This document shows positions 7,139 to 15,887 of a stretch of DNA of 19,505 nucleotides, piece after piece; the stretch's first letter is position 1; each line of letters opens with the position of its first letter. The DNA is from Bianqueaceae bacterium (GTDB taxonomy: Bacteria > Bacillota > Clostridia > Lachnospirales > Bianqueaceae), in assembly GCA_045627225.1 (NCBI GenBank), contig JAZQNF010000110.1, positions 1 to 19,505 on the forward strand. Reading direction: 5' to 3'. The position numbers were made by a program, and so were the translations under genes. The notes below the pieces were generated by a model. The model made no database searches. It worked only from the letters and a program-made list of their open reading frames with translations, and had not been told where the DNA came from.

Positions 7139-8429
7139 TTTTCTCCGGAATCTGTTTACGCGGAACCTTGGAATGAAAATTGCCGCGCTTTGCCTGTCCT
7201 TCGCCTTTTGGATCGCCTTCATCAATCTGGCCGATCCGGTATCCACGGATAGCTATGCGCTGAAGCTCGGGGTCGAAAACTTCGAGGAGTACCTGAATAA
7301 CGGGCATTTTGTGGAGCTCGCCGACGGTTCGCCTCTCTCGGAGGTCGTGCTCAATGTCACGGTCCGCGGGCGAATTTCGGTGCTGAAAGCCCTGAGTGAC
7401 AACAAAAATATCGATTCCGTCGTCCGCGCCTACGTGGATGTCTACGAAACCGAAAACAGCATACTGAAGATCCATTATGCGATCGATCCGAGCTACGCGG
7501 ATTCGCTGGAGCTCTCCTCACTTTCCAATACCGCCTATCAGGAGGTCTCGGCCGAGGTGATCAGCTTCTACACACTCCCCATCCGTGCCGAGCTGAAGGG
7601 CGCTCCTGCTGCCGGTATGCGTATCCTGGAGAACGATCCGAATTTCACCATATCGCAGGAGACGGTGACGGTCTACGGACCGGCCTCGCGCCTGCAGGAC
7701 TATAGCGCGGCCTACGCCGAGGTCGTCGTGAGCCGTGCCGAGACGAGCATCCGCGACACGCGTCCCCTTCATTTTACGGATGCCCGCGGCAACGAGCTGA
7801 CGCCCGACGGCCGGGTCGTATTCGCCGGCATTTCGGAGGTCGAGGTCTACGTGCCGGTCTATCAGATCAAAAATCTGAAGATCACCGTGCTCGTCAGCGG
7901 CCAGGCGCCGGACCGCTACCTCTATCTGGATGATCTGGCTTTTTCGCGCGACAGTGTTGAGGTATTCGGCCTGGAGGAGGACCTGGTCGGCATCGAGGAG
8001 CTTCGGCTTCCCGCCATCAATCTCGGGTCCATCTTCGGCGAGTATTCCCGTCAATATAAGCTGAGCGATCTTCTGAAATCCATGTACGGTGACCGCATTC
8101 GCCTGAACGACGAGGATGCTTCCGTCACGGTGCGGCTGCATACGGCCGAGCTGATCACGCGCACGGTACGGCTGGATCTGTCCGGCCTCAGCATCAAAAA
8201 TGTTCCCGAGGGCTGGAGCTGTGAGCTTCTGACCGAAGACGCACAGCTGGTGCTGAACGGACTGGCGAGCGCTCTGGACAAGGCTGAAGCGGATATGAAG
8301 CTCAGTGTCACCCTGCCGGATGCGCCCCTGGAGGGTCTGATCACGCTGATGATCGAGGCGGAGGGCCTGCCTGACTCCGTCACGGTCGTGGAGGGAGCCG
8401 AGATCAATCTTTTGCTCAGCGCACACTGA
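7125..8429 (+). CDS. cdaR: CdaA regulatory protein CdaR (YbbR-like domain protein, N-terminal TM anchor)
   Basis: The ATG at 7125 has RBS AAAGGAG and overlaps the cdaA stop by 14 bp (typical cdaA-cdaR coupling). The six-frame ORF upstream of 7125 lies in the cdaA reading region. N-terminal helix IAALCLSFAFWIAFINL; repeated beta-rich YbbR-like segments. Confidence 0.85.
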   Translation: MKLTDFLRNLFTRNLGMKIAALCLSFAFWIAFINLADPVSTDSYALKLGVENFEEYLNNGHFVELADGSPLSEVVLNVTVRGRISVLKALSDNKNIDSVVRAYVDVYETENSILKIHYAIDPSYADSLELSSLSNTAYQEVSAEVISFYTLPIRAELKGAPAAGMRILENDPNFTISQETVTVYGPASRLQDYSAAYAEVVVSRAETSIRDTRPLHFTDARGNELTPDGRVVFAGISEVEVYVPVYQIKNLKITVLVSGQAPDRYLYLDDLAFSRDSVEVFGLEEDLVGIEELRLPAINLGSIFGEYSRQYKLSDLLKSMYGDRIRLNDEDASVTVRLHTAELITRTVRLDLSGLSIKNVPEGWSCELLTEDAQLVLNGLASALDKAEADMKLSVTLPDAPLEGLITLMIEAEGLPDSVTVVEGAEINLLLSAH

Positions 8430-8485
8430 TCGCAATCGCTGATCGCGAAGGCTCGCGGTTTTGTCATGGCAATAGGGTAAGAAAA

Positions 8486-8545
8486 ACAGCTACATGCTTT
8501 GCATAGCCAACGGATCCATGCACGGCATGTAGCTGTGTTGTTATT
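8486..8545 (+). terminator. Long-stem intrinsic terminator / insulator between cdaR and the helicase gene
   Basis: Perfect 12-bp inverted repeat ACAGCTACATGC...GCATGTAGCTGT (8486-8497 / 8525-8536) with an inner TGCAT/ATGCA stem, an A-run upstream and a GTTGTTATT U-rich tract downstream (bidirectional character). Confidence 0.6.
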
Positions 8546-8568
8546 CGGAGATAAGCGGGAGGAGCTTC

Positions 8569-11019
8569 ATGAAAACGTACAGGATTTCGGTCCGGGATCT
8601 GGTCGAATTTATCCTGCGCGGCGGTGATATCGGCGGCGCGGGGACCGCGCTGAACGTCGAGCGTGCCTGGGAGGGCAGCCGGCTCCATCGGAAGCTCCAG
8701 CAGGAAATGGGCTCGGGCTACGAAAAAGAAGTGTCCTTTTCTCACTCGGTGATCCTGCGTCCGGAAAGCGAGGAACGGGAGGGCGTTCTGCTGACGGTAG
8801 AGGGCCGCGCCGACGGGATCTATCTGGCGGATGCGCCGCGCGAGGATGAAGACCTCCAGCAGAGCCTTCTGGAGGAGGCCTCGCCCTGGGAGCTCATGTC
8901 GCCGGTCTGGACCGTGGATGAGATCAAGTCGGTCTCGCTTCCGCTTTCCGAGCTGAAAAGCGATCTGTTTCCCCTGCATTGGGCACAGGCCTTCGGCTAT
9001 GCTTATATGCTGAAGGAGGAGAGGAGCCTGGACCGTGTCCAGATCAGGCTCAGTTATATCAGCACGGAAAATGAGGCGACGCGCTGCTTTTACCGCATGC
9101 AGAGTGCGGAGGAGCTGGATGCGTTCTGGGATGAGCTCATCGGACGCTACAGCCGCTTCCTCCTTTGGGAGGAGGACTGGCGGAGGATACGGAATGCCTC
9201 TCTGGCGAAGCTCGGCTTTCCCTTTCCGAGCTTTCGTCCCGGTCAGGTCGAGATGATGGAGAAGGTCCGCGACGCGGCCGAGAACGGTCGGCGCGTGTTT
9301 CTGGAGGCCCCTACCGGCATCGGGAAGACGATGTCCGCCCTGTATCCGGCGCTCAAGGCGCTGGAAAGCGGCTGCGAGGACAAGGTCTTCTTCCTGACGG
9401 CCAAGGCAGTGGCGGCCGCTGCGCCGCTCGCGGCCCTGTCGCTTCTGGAGGAGAAGGGCCTGCGTCTGAAGACCTGCGTCATTTATGCCAAGGATAAGAT
9501 CTGCCCGCTGGAGAAGCGCCGCTGCACGGCTTCGGCCTGTCCTTATGCCAAAGGGCATTTCGACCGCATCAACGAGGCGCTTCTTGCGGCGCTTTCGGAG
9601 CGGGAGCTTTTTGACCGCGACTATCTGCTGGCCCTCAGTGCACGCTTCGGGGTCTGTCCCTTTGAGCTTTCGCTGGACCTGTCAGATTTCGCCGATCTGA
9701 TCATCGGTGACTATAATTACGCTTTTGACCCCAGAGTGGCCTTAAAACGCCATTTTAAGGCCAAAAACGGGTATATTTTGCTGGTAGACGAGGCACACAA
9801 TCTGGTGGAGCGGGGACGGAGCATGTTTTCGGCCGAGCTTCACCGCAGCGACTTCCTGCGCGCCCGTAAAAGTTTCTCCGCCGCTGCCGAGCCGACGCTT
9901 CACCGGGCACTGACGCGGGTGATGAAGCTTCTGGACGAGCTGGCCGCCTCGCAGCAGGAGCCGCTTCGCCTGTACGGCCGGGGAGAGGATCCGGGCGACG
10001 AATTTTATTTCACGCTGGACCGCTTTACCGCCGCTGCCTCCGCCTACATGGAGGAACACAAGGATTCCTCTTCGGGCGTGCCGGATGAGCTCGTTACGCT
10101 CTTTTTCGAAACGCTGTTCTTCCTGCGTATCTGGGACAATCCGCGCGGCCCCTACGAGTTTTATACCGAAATCACGGAGCGTGACTTTACCGTCCGCTTC
10201 TTCTGCATCGATCCGTCGACGCTTTTGCAGGAGGTCTACGGCCGCGTCCGCAGCGTCGTCTTCTTTTCGGCGACCCTGTCGCCTGCGGAGTATTATGTCA
10301 ATCTTTTAGACGGTCCCCTGCCCGGCAGCCGGGGCCCGCAGCCGGATTTCACCTCGCTGCCCTCACCCTTTCCGCCGGAAAACGCGCGGGTGCTGGTGGC
10401 GCCTCTTCCGGTCACCTACAGCTGGCGCGACCGCAGCGACCGCATGGTCTGCCGTCTGATCGAGGAGACCTATCGCGCCCGTCCCGGCCATTATCTGGTC
10501 TTTTTCCCCTCCTTTGCCTATATGCTCAAAACCTATGAGACCTTCCGCCTGCTTTATCCGGATATCCCGCTCATGCGTCAGGAGAGCATGATGAAGGATG
10601 AGGAGCGTGAGGATTTTCTGCGCGCCTTTGAGGCATCCGATAAGCCCTTCCTGGCCTTCGTGGTCCTGGGCGGCCTTTTTGCCGAGGGGATCGATCTGGC
10701 GGGCGAGCGTCTGATCGGCGCGATCGTCGTGACCGTCGGTCTTCCTCAGATCTGCCCGGAACGCGGCCTGATCCAGATGCACATGGAGGAAACGCACTCG
10801 GATGGCTTTGCGTACGCATACGTCTATCCGGGCTGGGGCCGCGTGCTTCAGGCCGCCGGCCGTGTCATCCGTACCGAGGAGGACCGCGGCGTGATCCTTC
10901 TGATCGATCGCCGTTTTGCGGGCGAGACCTACGAGCGCCTGTTCCCGGCTCATTGGACTCCCCGTGAGGTGACGGACGAGACCCTGCCGGAGGTTCTTCG
11001 GCGCTTCTGGAACGAATAA
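8569..11019 (+). CDS. Nuclease-helicase fusion: N-terminal RecB-like PD-(D/E)xK nuclease domain plus XPD/DinG (Rad3)-family SF2 Fe-S DNA helicase
   Basis: RBS GGGAGGAG before the ATG. N-terminal ~190 aa carry GRADGIY (G-x-x-D), VDEIKSV (E-x-K) and WAQAFGYAY (Q..Y) motifs. Walker A is APTGIGKTM; four Cys between Walker A and the DEAH box (CVIYAKDKICP...CTASACPYAKG...FGVCPFE) form an XPD-type Fe-S domain; DEAH box is VDEAHN; C-terminal helicase_C_2-type motifs (GLFAEGIDL, QAAGRVIRTEEDRG). Confidence 0.85.
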   Translation: MKTYRISVRDLVEFILRGGDIGGAGTALNVERAWEGSRLHRKLQQEMGSGYEKEVSFSHSVILRPESEEREGVLLTVEGRADGIYLADAPREDEDLQQSLLEEASPWELMSPVWTVDEIKSVSLPLSELKSDLFPLHWAQAFGYAYMLKEERSLDRVQIRLSYISTENEATRCFYRMQSAEELDAFWDELIGRYSRFLLWEEDWRRIRNASLAKLGFPFPSFRPGQVEMMEKVRDAAENGRRVFLEAPTGIGKTMSALYPALKALESGCEDKVFFLTAKAVAAAAPLAALSLLEEKGLRLKTCVIYAKDKICPLEKRRCTASACPYAKGHFDRINEALLAALSERELFDRDYLLALSARFGVCPFELSLDLSDFADLIIGDYNYAFDPRVALKRHFKAKNGYILLVDEAHNLVERGRSMFSAELHRSDFLRARKSFSAAAEPTLHRALTRVMKLLDELAASQQEPLRLYGRGEDPGDEFYFTLDRFTAAASAYMEEHKDSSSGVPDELVTLFFETLFFLRIWDNPRGPYEFYTEITERDFTVRFFCIDPSTLLQEVYGRVRSVVFFSATLSPAEYYVNLLDGPLPGSRGPQPDFTSLPSPFPPENARVLVAPLPVTYSWRDRSDRMVCRLIEETYRARPGHYLVFFPSFAYMLKTYETFRLLYPDIPLMRQESMMKDEEREDFLRAFEASDKPFLAFVVLGGLFAEGIDLAGERLIGAIVVTVGLPQICPERGLIQMHMEETHSDGFAYAYVYPGWGRVLQAAGRVIRTEEDRGVILLIDRRFAGETYERLFPAHWTPREVTDETLPEVLRRFWNE

Positions 11020-11068
11020 GTATCTGATTTTGTGATCCGAGTATTTTTCTGCGAAAGGAGGAAGGTCT

Positions 11069-11857
11069 GTGCGCTTTTGTTCACTGGCGAGCGGCAGCAA
11101 CGGAAACTGCCATTATGTTGAAGGAAGCGGCTGCCGCATTCTGATCGATGCCGGGCTTTCCGGCAAGAGGATCGAGGACAATATGCGGGGCGCCGGACTT
11201 GAACCGGCCTCGGTGGAGGCCCTCTTCCTCACGCATGAGCACATCGATCATGTGGCGGGAGCGGCTGTCTGGGCCAGGCGGTACCGGATCCCGGTCTATG
11301 CGACCGAGGGAACCTGGGAGGGAATGGGAGCCGCGCGCGAGCGCATCCCCGCGGAGCTTATCCGTGTGATCGGGAACGAATCCGTGACCGAGCTGGGCGG
11401 CCTTCGGGTCCGGACCATGCCGGTCTGCCACGATGCGGCCGATCCGGTCGCCTATTCGGTTTCGGACTGCGGGCGCGTCTGCTCGGTGGTGACCGATACC
11501 GGCGTGATGACCGAGGAGCTGCTGGAGCTTCTGGCTGAGGCCGACCTTGCCGTCGTGGAGAGCAATCACGATCTGACGATGCTGATGACAGGACCGTATC
11601 CGCCGCCTCTTAAGCGGCGTGTCCGCGGAAATCTCGGGCATCTGTCCAATGAGGACTGCGGCGAGACTCTGGCGGAGCTTCTGCGCGTGCGCAGCGATGC
11701 GCGCTATCTGCTTGGCCATCTGAGCGAGGTGAACAATACGCCCTCTCTGGCGCTGATCACCTCGGAAAAAATAGTGGAGGAACGCTTGGGCGGCTGCCCG
11801 GAGGGACGCATCTATCTGACGCGCCGCGGTGAGGCGACCGGTGTTTTTACGATCTAA
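11069..11857 (+). CDS. MBL-fold metallo-hydrolase (YycJ/WalJ-like)
   Basis: GTG start with RBS GGAGGAAGG. LTHEHIDH (HxHxDH) metal-binding motif, downstream His/Asp ligands (VCHDAAD, ESNHD, GHLS). 49 bp after the helicase stop. Confidence 0.85.
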   Translation: MRFCSLASGSNGNCHYVEGSGCRILIDAGLSGKRIEDNMRGAGLEPASVEALFLTHEHIDHVAGAAVWARRYRIPVYATEGTWEGMGAARERIPAELIRVIGNESVTELGGLRVRTMPVCHDAADPVAYSVSDCGRVCSVVTDTGVMTEELLELLAEADLAVVESNHDLTMLMTGPYPPPLKRRVRGNLGHLSNEDCGETLAELLRVRSDARYLLGHLSEVNNTPSLALITSEKIVEERLGGCPEGRIYLTRRGEATGVFTI

Positions 11858-11866
11858 GGAGGACTT

Positions 11867-13510
11867 ATGCTGCGGATTTCTCAGCTGAAGCTTGTTTTTT
11901 CGCCCGATGACGGTCCGGAGGAGCTTTCGGCCCGTCTGCACGAGGCCGTGGCGTCTCTGGTGCGCCTGCCGGAAAGCGAATACAGCCTGCGGGTAGTGAA
12001 GCGCTCCCTGGATGCGCGCCGCGGCCGCGATTTTGCCTTTATTTATACGCTTGAGCTTCGTACCGCTCAGGAGGCGCAGCTGCGCAGGCGTCTGTCCGGA
12101 CGTCCGAATCTTGAATTTACGGCAGAGGAGGAGGGCTATCACCTTCCGCTGCCTTCTCATTCGCTGCCGCTGCATCCGCTGGTGGTCGGCTTCGGGCCGG
12201 CCGGGATGTTTGCGGCTCTTCTGCTGGCGCGGGCCGGACTGGAGCCTATCGTCGTCGAGCGAGGCCGCACGGTCGATGAGCGGACCGCCGATGTGCTGGC
12301 CTTCCAGAGGACCCGCGTCCTGGATCCGGACTCCAACGTTCAGTTCGGCGAAGGCGGCGCCGGGACCTTCTCGGACGGAAAGCTTGCCACGGGCGTGAAG
12401 GACCGGGAGGGCCGCAGCCGTTTTGTGCTGGAGACGATGGTCTCGCACGGCGCGCCTGAGGAGATCCTTTACGACAACAAGCCTCACGTCGGGACCGACC
12501 GGCTGCGCGAGGTCGTCCGCGGCGTAAGAGAGGAGATCATCCGGCTGGGCGGCAGCTTCCGCTTTGAGACGAAGCTTTGCGGGCTTCGGACCGATGCGGC
12601 CGGGCGCCTTACGGGAGCGGTGCTGGAGCATGACGGCCAGCGCGAGACGGTCCCCGCCGCCGCGCTCTTTCTCGGCATCGGACACAGCGCGCGCGATACC
12701 TTCGCGATGCTTTTGTCCGCGGGTGTCCGCATGGAGCGAAAGGCCTTCGCGGTCGGCGTCCGCGCGGAGCATCCCCAGCGCCTGATCAACGAGGCGCAGT
12801 ACCGCGGCTATGCGGCCTGCCCGGCACTGGGAGCGGCTGATTACAAGCTGACCGCCCGTTCCTCCTCGGGACGAGGCGTGTATACCTTCTGCATGTGTCC
12901 CGGCGGACACGTCATTGCGGCCGCCTCCGAGAAGGGCGGCGTGGTGACAAACGGCATGAGCAACTATGCGCGCGAGGCCGAAAACGCCAACAGCGCGGTG
13001 CTGGTGACCGTCTCCCCCGAGGACTATCAGGCCTACGGGAGCAGTCCCGACGACCTCCTGTCCGGTGTCGCCTTTCAGCGCCGCTTGGAGAAGGCGGCCT
13101 TTCTGGCGGGCGGGAGCGATTACCGGGCGGCCGTGCAGCGTGTCGGCGATTTCCTGGCCGACAGGCCCTCGGCGGATTTCGGGAGCGAGGTCCGTCCCTC
13201 CTACACAGCGGGAAGCATCCCCGGCGATGTCCGCTCGCTTTTCCCCGAATTCATCGGCACAAGCCTTGCGGAGGGACTCGTCTCCTTCGGCACGCAGCTC
13301 GGCGCTTACCGGAGCCCCGAGGCGCTTTTAACGGGCGTGGAGTCGAGAAGCTCCTCGCCGGTGCGGATCCTCAGGGACGAAAAAAGCCTGCAGGCCAACA
13401 TCCAAGGGCTTTTCCCCATGGGTGAGGGTGCAGGCTATGCGGGCGGCATCATGTCGGCCGCGATGGACGGAATGAAGGCGGCGGAGGCCTATTTGACGGG
13501 ATCTACGTAA
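11867..13510 (+). CDS. FAD-dependent protein (COG2509-type NAD(FAD)-utilising dehydrogenase family)
   Basis: RBS AAGGAGG before the ATG, 9 bp after the MBL stop. Rossmann GxGxxG VVGFGPAGMFAALLLARAG...VVERG, and C-terminal GEGAGYAGGIMSAAMDG typical of this family. Confidence 0.8.
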   Translation: MLRISQLKLVFSPDDGPEELSARLHEAVASLVRLPESEYSLRVVKRSLDARRGRDFAFIYTLELRTAQEAQLRRRLSGRPNLEFTAEEEGYHLPLPSHSLPLHPLVVGFGPAGMFAALLLARAGLEPIVVERGRTVDERTADVLAFQRTRVLDPDSNVQFGEGGAGTFSDGKLATGVKDREGRSRFVLETMVSHGAPEEILYDNKPHVGTDRLREVVRGVREEIIRLGGSFRFETKLCGLRTDAAGRLTGAVLEHDGQRETVPAAALFLGIGHSARDTFAMLLSAGVRMERKAFAVGVRAEHPQRLINEAQYRGYAACPALGAADYKLTARSSSGRGVYTFCMCPGGHVIAAASEKGGVVTNGMSNYAREAENANSAVLVTVSPEDYQAYGSSPDDLLSGVAFQRRLEKAAFLAGGSDYRAAVQRVGDFLADRPSADFGSEVRPSYTAGSIPGDVRSLFPEFIGTSLAEGLVSFGTQLGAYRSPEALLTGVESRSSSPVRILRDEKSLQANIQGLFPMGEGAGYAGGIMSAAMDGMKAAEAYLTGST

Positions 13511-15222
13511 AGCGTCGTCTGATGTGTGTAAATGACAAAGCCGGGCGCAGCGCCGGAAGGCTTTTTCACATAGCGCCTAAGGGTCACATCGACCTCGCAG
13601 CGCCCGTTTGACAGCGAAGAATGACCGGCAGCCAGTGCGGCGGCCTCGACAATACTCTGATCGGTATAGTCGAGGCCCTTTTCTTTTCCGCTGACGTGCA
13701 GAATCGTGTGTGAGCCGGGCGCGTTTTTGACGTGGAGCCAGAGATCGTCGGGCTGGCTTTCACGGAAGGTCAGCAGGTCGTTCTGGATATTGTTTTTGCC
13801 GATGCTGACCGGGATGCCCTCAGAGGTCGTGAAGGACAGCGGCCGGGAGGCCTGCAGATTGCGTCCCTTTTTACGGCTGCGCTTCAGATAGCCCCGCTCA
13901 GCCAGCTCGATCCGCAGATTTTCCAGATCGGCCTCACAGTCGGCCAGCCGGAGCGACTGCTCCAGAGCTTCAAGGTAGCTGAGCTCCTCGCGCGTGAGGA
14001 CGAGCTGCTCGCCGACGGCCTCCTCGGTCCTTTTTTTCTTGTTGTAGCGTGCGTAATAGTGCTGAGCGTTGCCGCTGGGGGTCAGACGCGGGTCCAGGGT
14101 AAGCGTCACCTCGGCAGGCGGATCCGAATAATAATCCAACAGCGTGACGCGCGTCATGCCCTCCTTAAGCTGATAGAGATTCGCGGTGATCAGATCGCCC
14201 AGGCGCCGGTCCTCCTCACGGCTGCGCGCGTCCAGAAGCTGCTCCTCCTGCAGGGCCAGCTTTTTGCGGATGCGGTCCAGGTTGGTGTTCAGCAGATGAC
14301 TGATGTCGGCCGCCTTCTGGTCGATGCGCGATTTTTTGACGCGCAGGGAGAAGAAGCTGTCCAGCAGCGAGCAGGCATCCGGGAAATGCTCTGCCTCCGC
14401 GCCGCCAAGCGAACGGTAGGGAAAGACCGAATAGTCAAGGATCTTCCCGCTGTCATCGCGGTAGAGGCAAAAATCAGGCTCCTCGTCCAGCCTGCGGAAG
14501 AAAAGGCCGAAGGCCTCGTAAAGGGCGGTCCAGCGCTCCCCGTTCATGTCGGAGGAGGCGATGCGCTCGTCCAGCCCGGCGAGCGTCAGAATCTCGCGCG
14601 AGGAGAGCGGGCAGAGGCCGTTGAAGCATAGATAAAGCCCCTTCTCCAGCACTCCGTCAAAGTCCGAAAGAAGCCTGCGGAAGCCGGCCTCATCGAGGGG
14701 AAGCAGAGGATTTTCTTTGTGGTTGTGGGAGGGACGCTCGTACAGGACGCCGGGCATGACCGTGCGGAAGGAGCTCATAGAGGGGCTGACGTGACGAATG
14801 GCGTCGAGCACCAATCCGTCCTCGCGTACGACGATCAGGTTGGAGTATTTGCCCATCATTTCCAGCACCAGTCTGCGGCGCGTCAGATCGCCCAGCTCGT
14901 TGGGCTTTTCAAAATCCAGGCATACGATGCGGTCGAAATCCAGCTGCGAAACGCCCAGGAAGCGGGCATCGCCGAAGTGCTTGCGGAGGAGCATGCAGAA
15001 GGCGGAGGGCTCGACGGGCGTCTCCGGCTTCCGGGTGCTGAGCTGAAGGCGCGCCGAATCGGCCGCGGCGCTTAAGAGCAGACGCTCGCTGCGGCCATCG
15101 CGGCGGATGCTGAGGACGACCTCCTCGTTTTCCGGCTGATGGATCTTATCGACACGCCCGCCCGCAAGCCGCGCGTTGATCTCGCGGCAGACGGCGTAGG
15201 TCATGCTTCCGTCAAAGGGCAT
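13489..15222 (-). CDS. rqcH: Ribosome quality control protein RqcH (Rqc2/NEMF homologue; FbpA fibronectin-binding NFACT family)
   Basis: RBS AAAGGAAGG before the ATG at 15222. N-terminal MPFDGSMTYAVCREINARLAGGRVDKIHQP (NFACT-N), central coiled coil, C-terminal DUF814/NFACT-R ...PDDLWLHVKNAPGSHTILH... The 3' end overlaps the convergent FAD gene by 22 bp. Confidence 0.9.
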   Translation of the reverse strand: MPFDGSMTYAVCREINARLAGGRVDKIHQPENEEVVLSIRRDGRSERLLLSAAADSARLQLSTRKPETPVEPSAFCMLLRKHFGDARFLGVSQLDFDRIVCLDFEKPNELGDLTRRRLVLEMMGKYSNLIVVREDGLVLDAIRHVSPSMSSFRTVMPGVLYERPSHNHKENPLLPLDEAGFRRLLSDFDGVLEKGLYLCFNGLCPLSSREILTLAGLDERIASSDMNGERWTALYEAFGLFFRRLDEEPDFCLYRDDSGKILDYSVFPYRSLGGAEAEHFPDACSLLDSFFSLRVKKSRIDQKAADISHLLNTNLDRIRKKLALQEEQLLDARSREEDRRLGDLITANLYQLKEGMTRVTLLDYYSDPPAEVTLTLDPRLTPSGNAQHYYARYNKKKRTEEAVGEQLVLTREELSYLEALEQSLRLADCEADLENLRIELAERGYLKRSRKKGRNLQASRPLSFTTSEGIPVSIGKNNIQNDLLTFRESQPDDLWLHVKNAPGSHTILHVSGKEKGLDYTDQSIVEAAALAAGHSSLSNGRCEVDVTLRRYVKKPSGAAPGFVIYTHQTTLYVDPVK

Positions 15223-15250
15223 ATGAACGACCTTCCTTTTCTGAGAATAA

Positions 15251-15264
15251 AGCCCTTAAGGGCT
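15251..15264. promoter_or_regulatory. Perfect 14-bp palindrome AGCCCTTAAGGGCT at the predicted rqcH transcription start (operator or 5'-UTR hairpin)
   Basis: Self-complementary 14-mer, about 10 bp downstream of the minus-strand -10 element and 28 bp upstream of the rqcH ATG. Confidence 0.5.
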
Positions 15265-15273
15265 CCCAAAAGT

Positions 15274-15301
15274 ATTGTAGCATAGCTTTACGATTTTTCA
15301 A
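15274..15301 (-). promoter_or_regulatory. Candidate sigma-A promoter for rqcH (TTGAAA-N16-TACAAT with TGc extension)
   Basis: The minus strand reads TTGAAAaatcgtaaagctaTGcTACAAT; the -10 corresponds to + coordinates 15274-15279. Confidence 0.55.
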
Positions 15302-15346
15302 TGCTTCATTATTTGGCAAATAAGAGCGGCTAATACGCTGCAGCTT

Positions 15347-15375
15347 CCCTTTATCAAAAGCCGGGCTGACAGTAT
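15347..15375 (+). promoter_or_regulatory. Candidate promoter for the small acidic ORF (TTTATC-N17-TATAAT)
   Basis: Consensus -10 TATAAT at 15370-15375, weak -35, about 30 nt upstream of the ATG at 15406. Confidence 0.45.
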
Positions 15376-15405
15376 AATAGAGACGTAATAAAAGAAAAGG
15401 AGGGC

Positions 15406-15738
15406 ATGCCTGTGAGTATGTACGGTTTTGATTATGATGAGGCCTATCGCGATCTTGAGAACAGCGGTCTCAGCGCGGGCGCCTGTAACCTTGAGGCTTT
15501 AAGCTTTGATCAGCTGAAAGCCAAGATCGGCCGATATGGCCTGGATATCAACGATTATATGGAATCGTCCCGGATGAAGAAGGTCGGCAAGAGCACCCGA
15601 AATTCGCTGTATTCGGATGTTGAGGAAGCCGAAGAGGAAGAGAAAAGAATCAGTGAGGAAACTGAGGTCTGGTTCTTCCCTCAGGAAGCTCAGGAGGCCT
15701 GGGCAGAGAGCTTCGCCTACAGCGTGGCGGATTTTTAA
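15406..15738 (+). CDS. Small acidic hypothetical protein (110 aa)
   Basis: Strong RBS AAAGGAGGG 5 nt before the ATG, codon usage like neighbours, complex terminator downstream. No recognisable domain. Confidence 0.55.
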   Translation: MPVSMYGFDYDEAYRDLENSGLSAGACNLEALSFDQLKAKIGRYGLDINDYMESSRMKKVGKSTRNSLYSDVEEAEEEEKRISEETEVWFFPQEAQEAWAESFAYSVADF

Positions 15739-15834
15739 CAGCTGATATAAGTACGGCGGCCGCGGTTCCACGTAAAGCGAAGACACGCCGCCAAAGGATC
15801 ATAGGGACGGTTTTCGTCCCGGGATAGGCAGGAT

Positions 15835-15887
15835 ATCCCTCTGCTTCGGGAAAGGGTCAATTTTCCCCGGCAGAGGGATTTTTTTCT
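15835..15887 (+). terminator. Bipartite-stem intrinsic terminator with U7 tract (preceded by two further hairpins at 15755-15792 and 15804-15820)
   Basis: ATCCCTCTGC...GCAGAGGGAT 10-bp stem enclosing an inner GGGAAA/TTTCCC stem, followed by TTTTTTTCTTTT. Confidence 0.7.

Noticed and set aside
6230-7246. 338-aa minus-strand ORF over cdaA
   Set aside because: cdaA on the + strand is unambiguous (DAC motifs); the antisense ORF is an artefact.
7518-9558. Minus-strand ORFs (305 aa at 7518-8435, 364 aa at 8464-9558) over cdaR and the helicase 5' region
   Set aside because: They overlap well-supported + strand genes, have no RBS, and show arginine-rich GC-artefact composition.
11081-12910. 609-aa minus-strand ORF spanning the MBL and FAD-protein genes
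   Set aside because: It spans two independent + strand genes with conserved motifs (HxHxDH; GxGxxG); Arg/Ala-rich artefact.
13732-14631. 299-aa + strand ORF inside rqcH
   Set aside because: Antisense to rqcH, which has the NFACT-N and NFACT-R signatures and an RBS.
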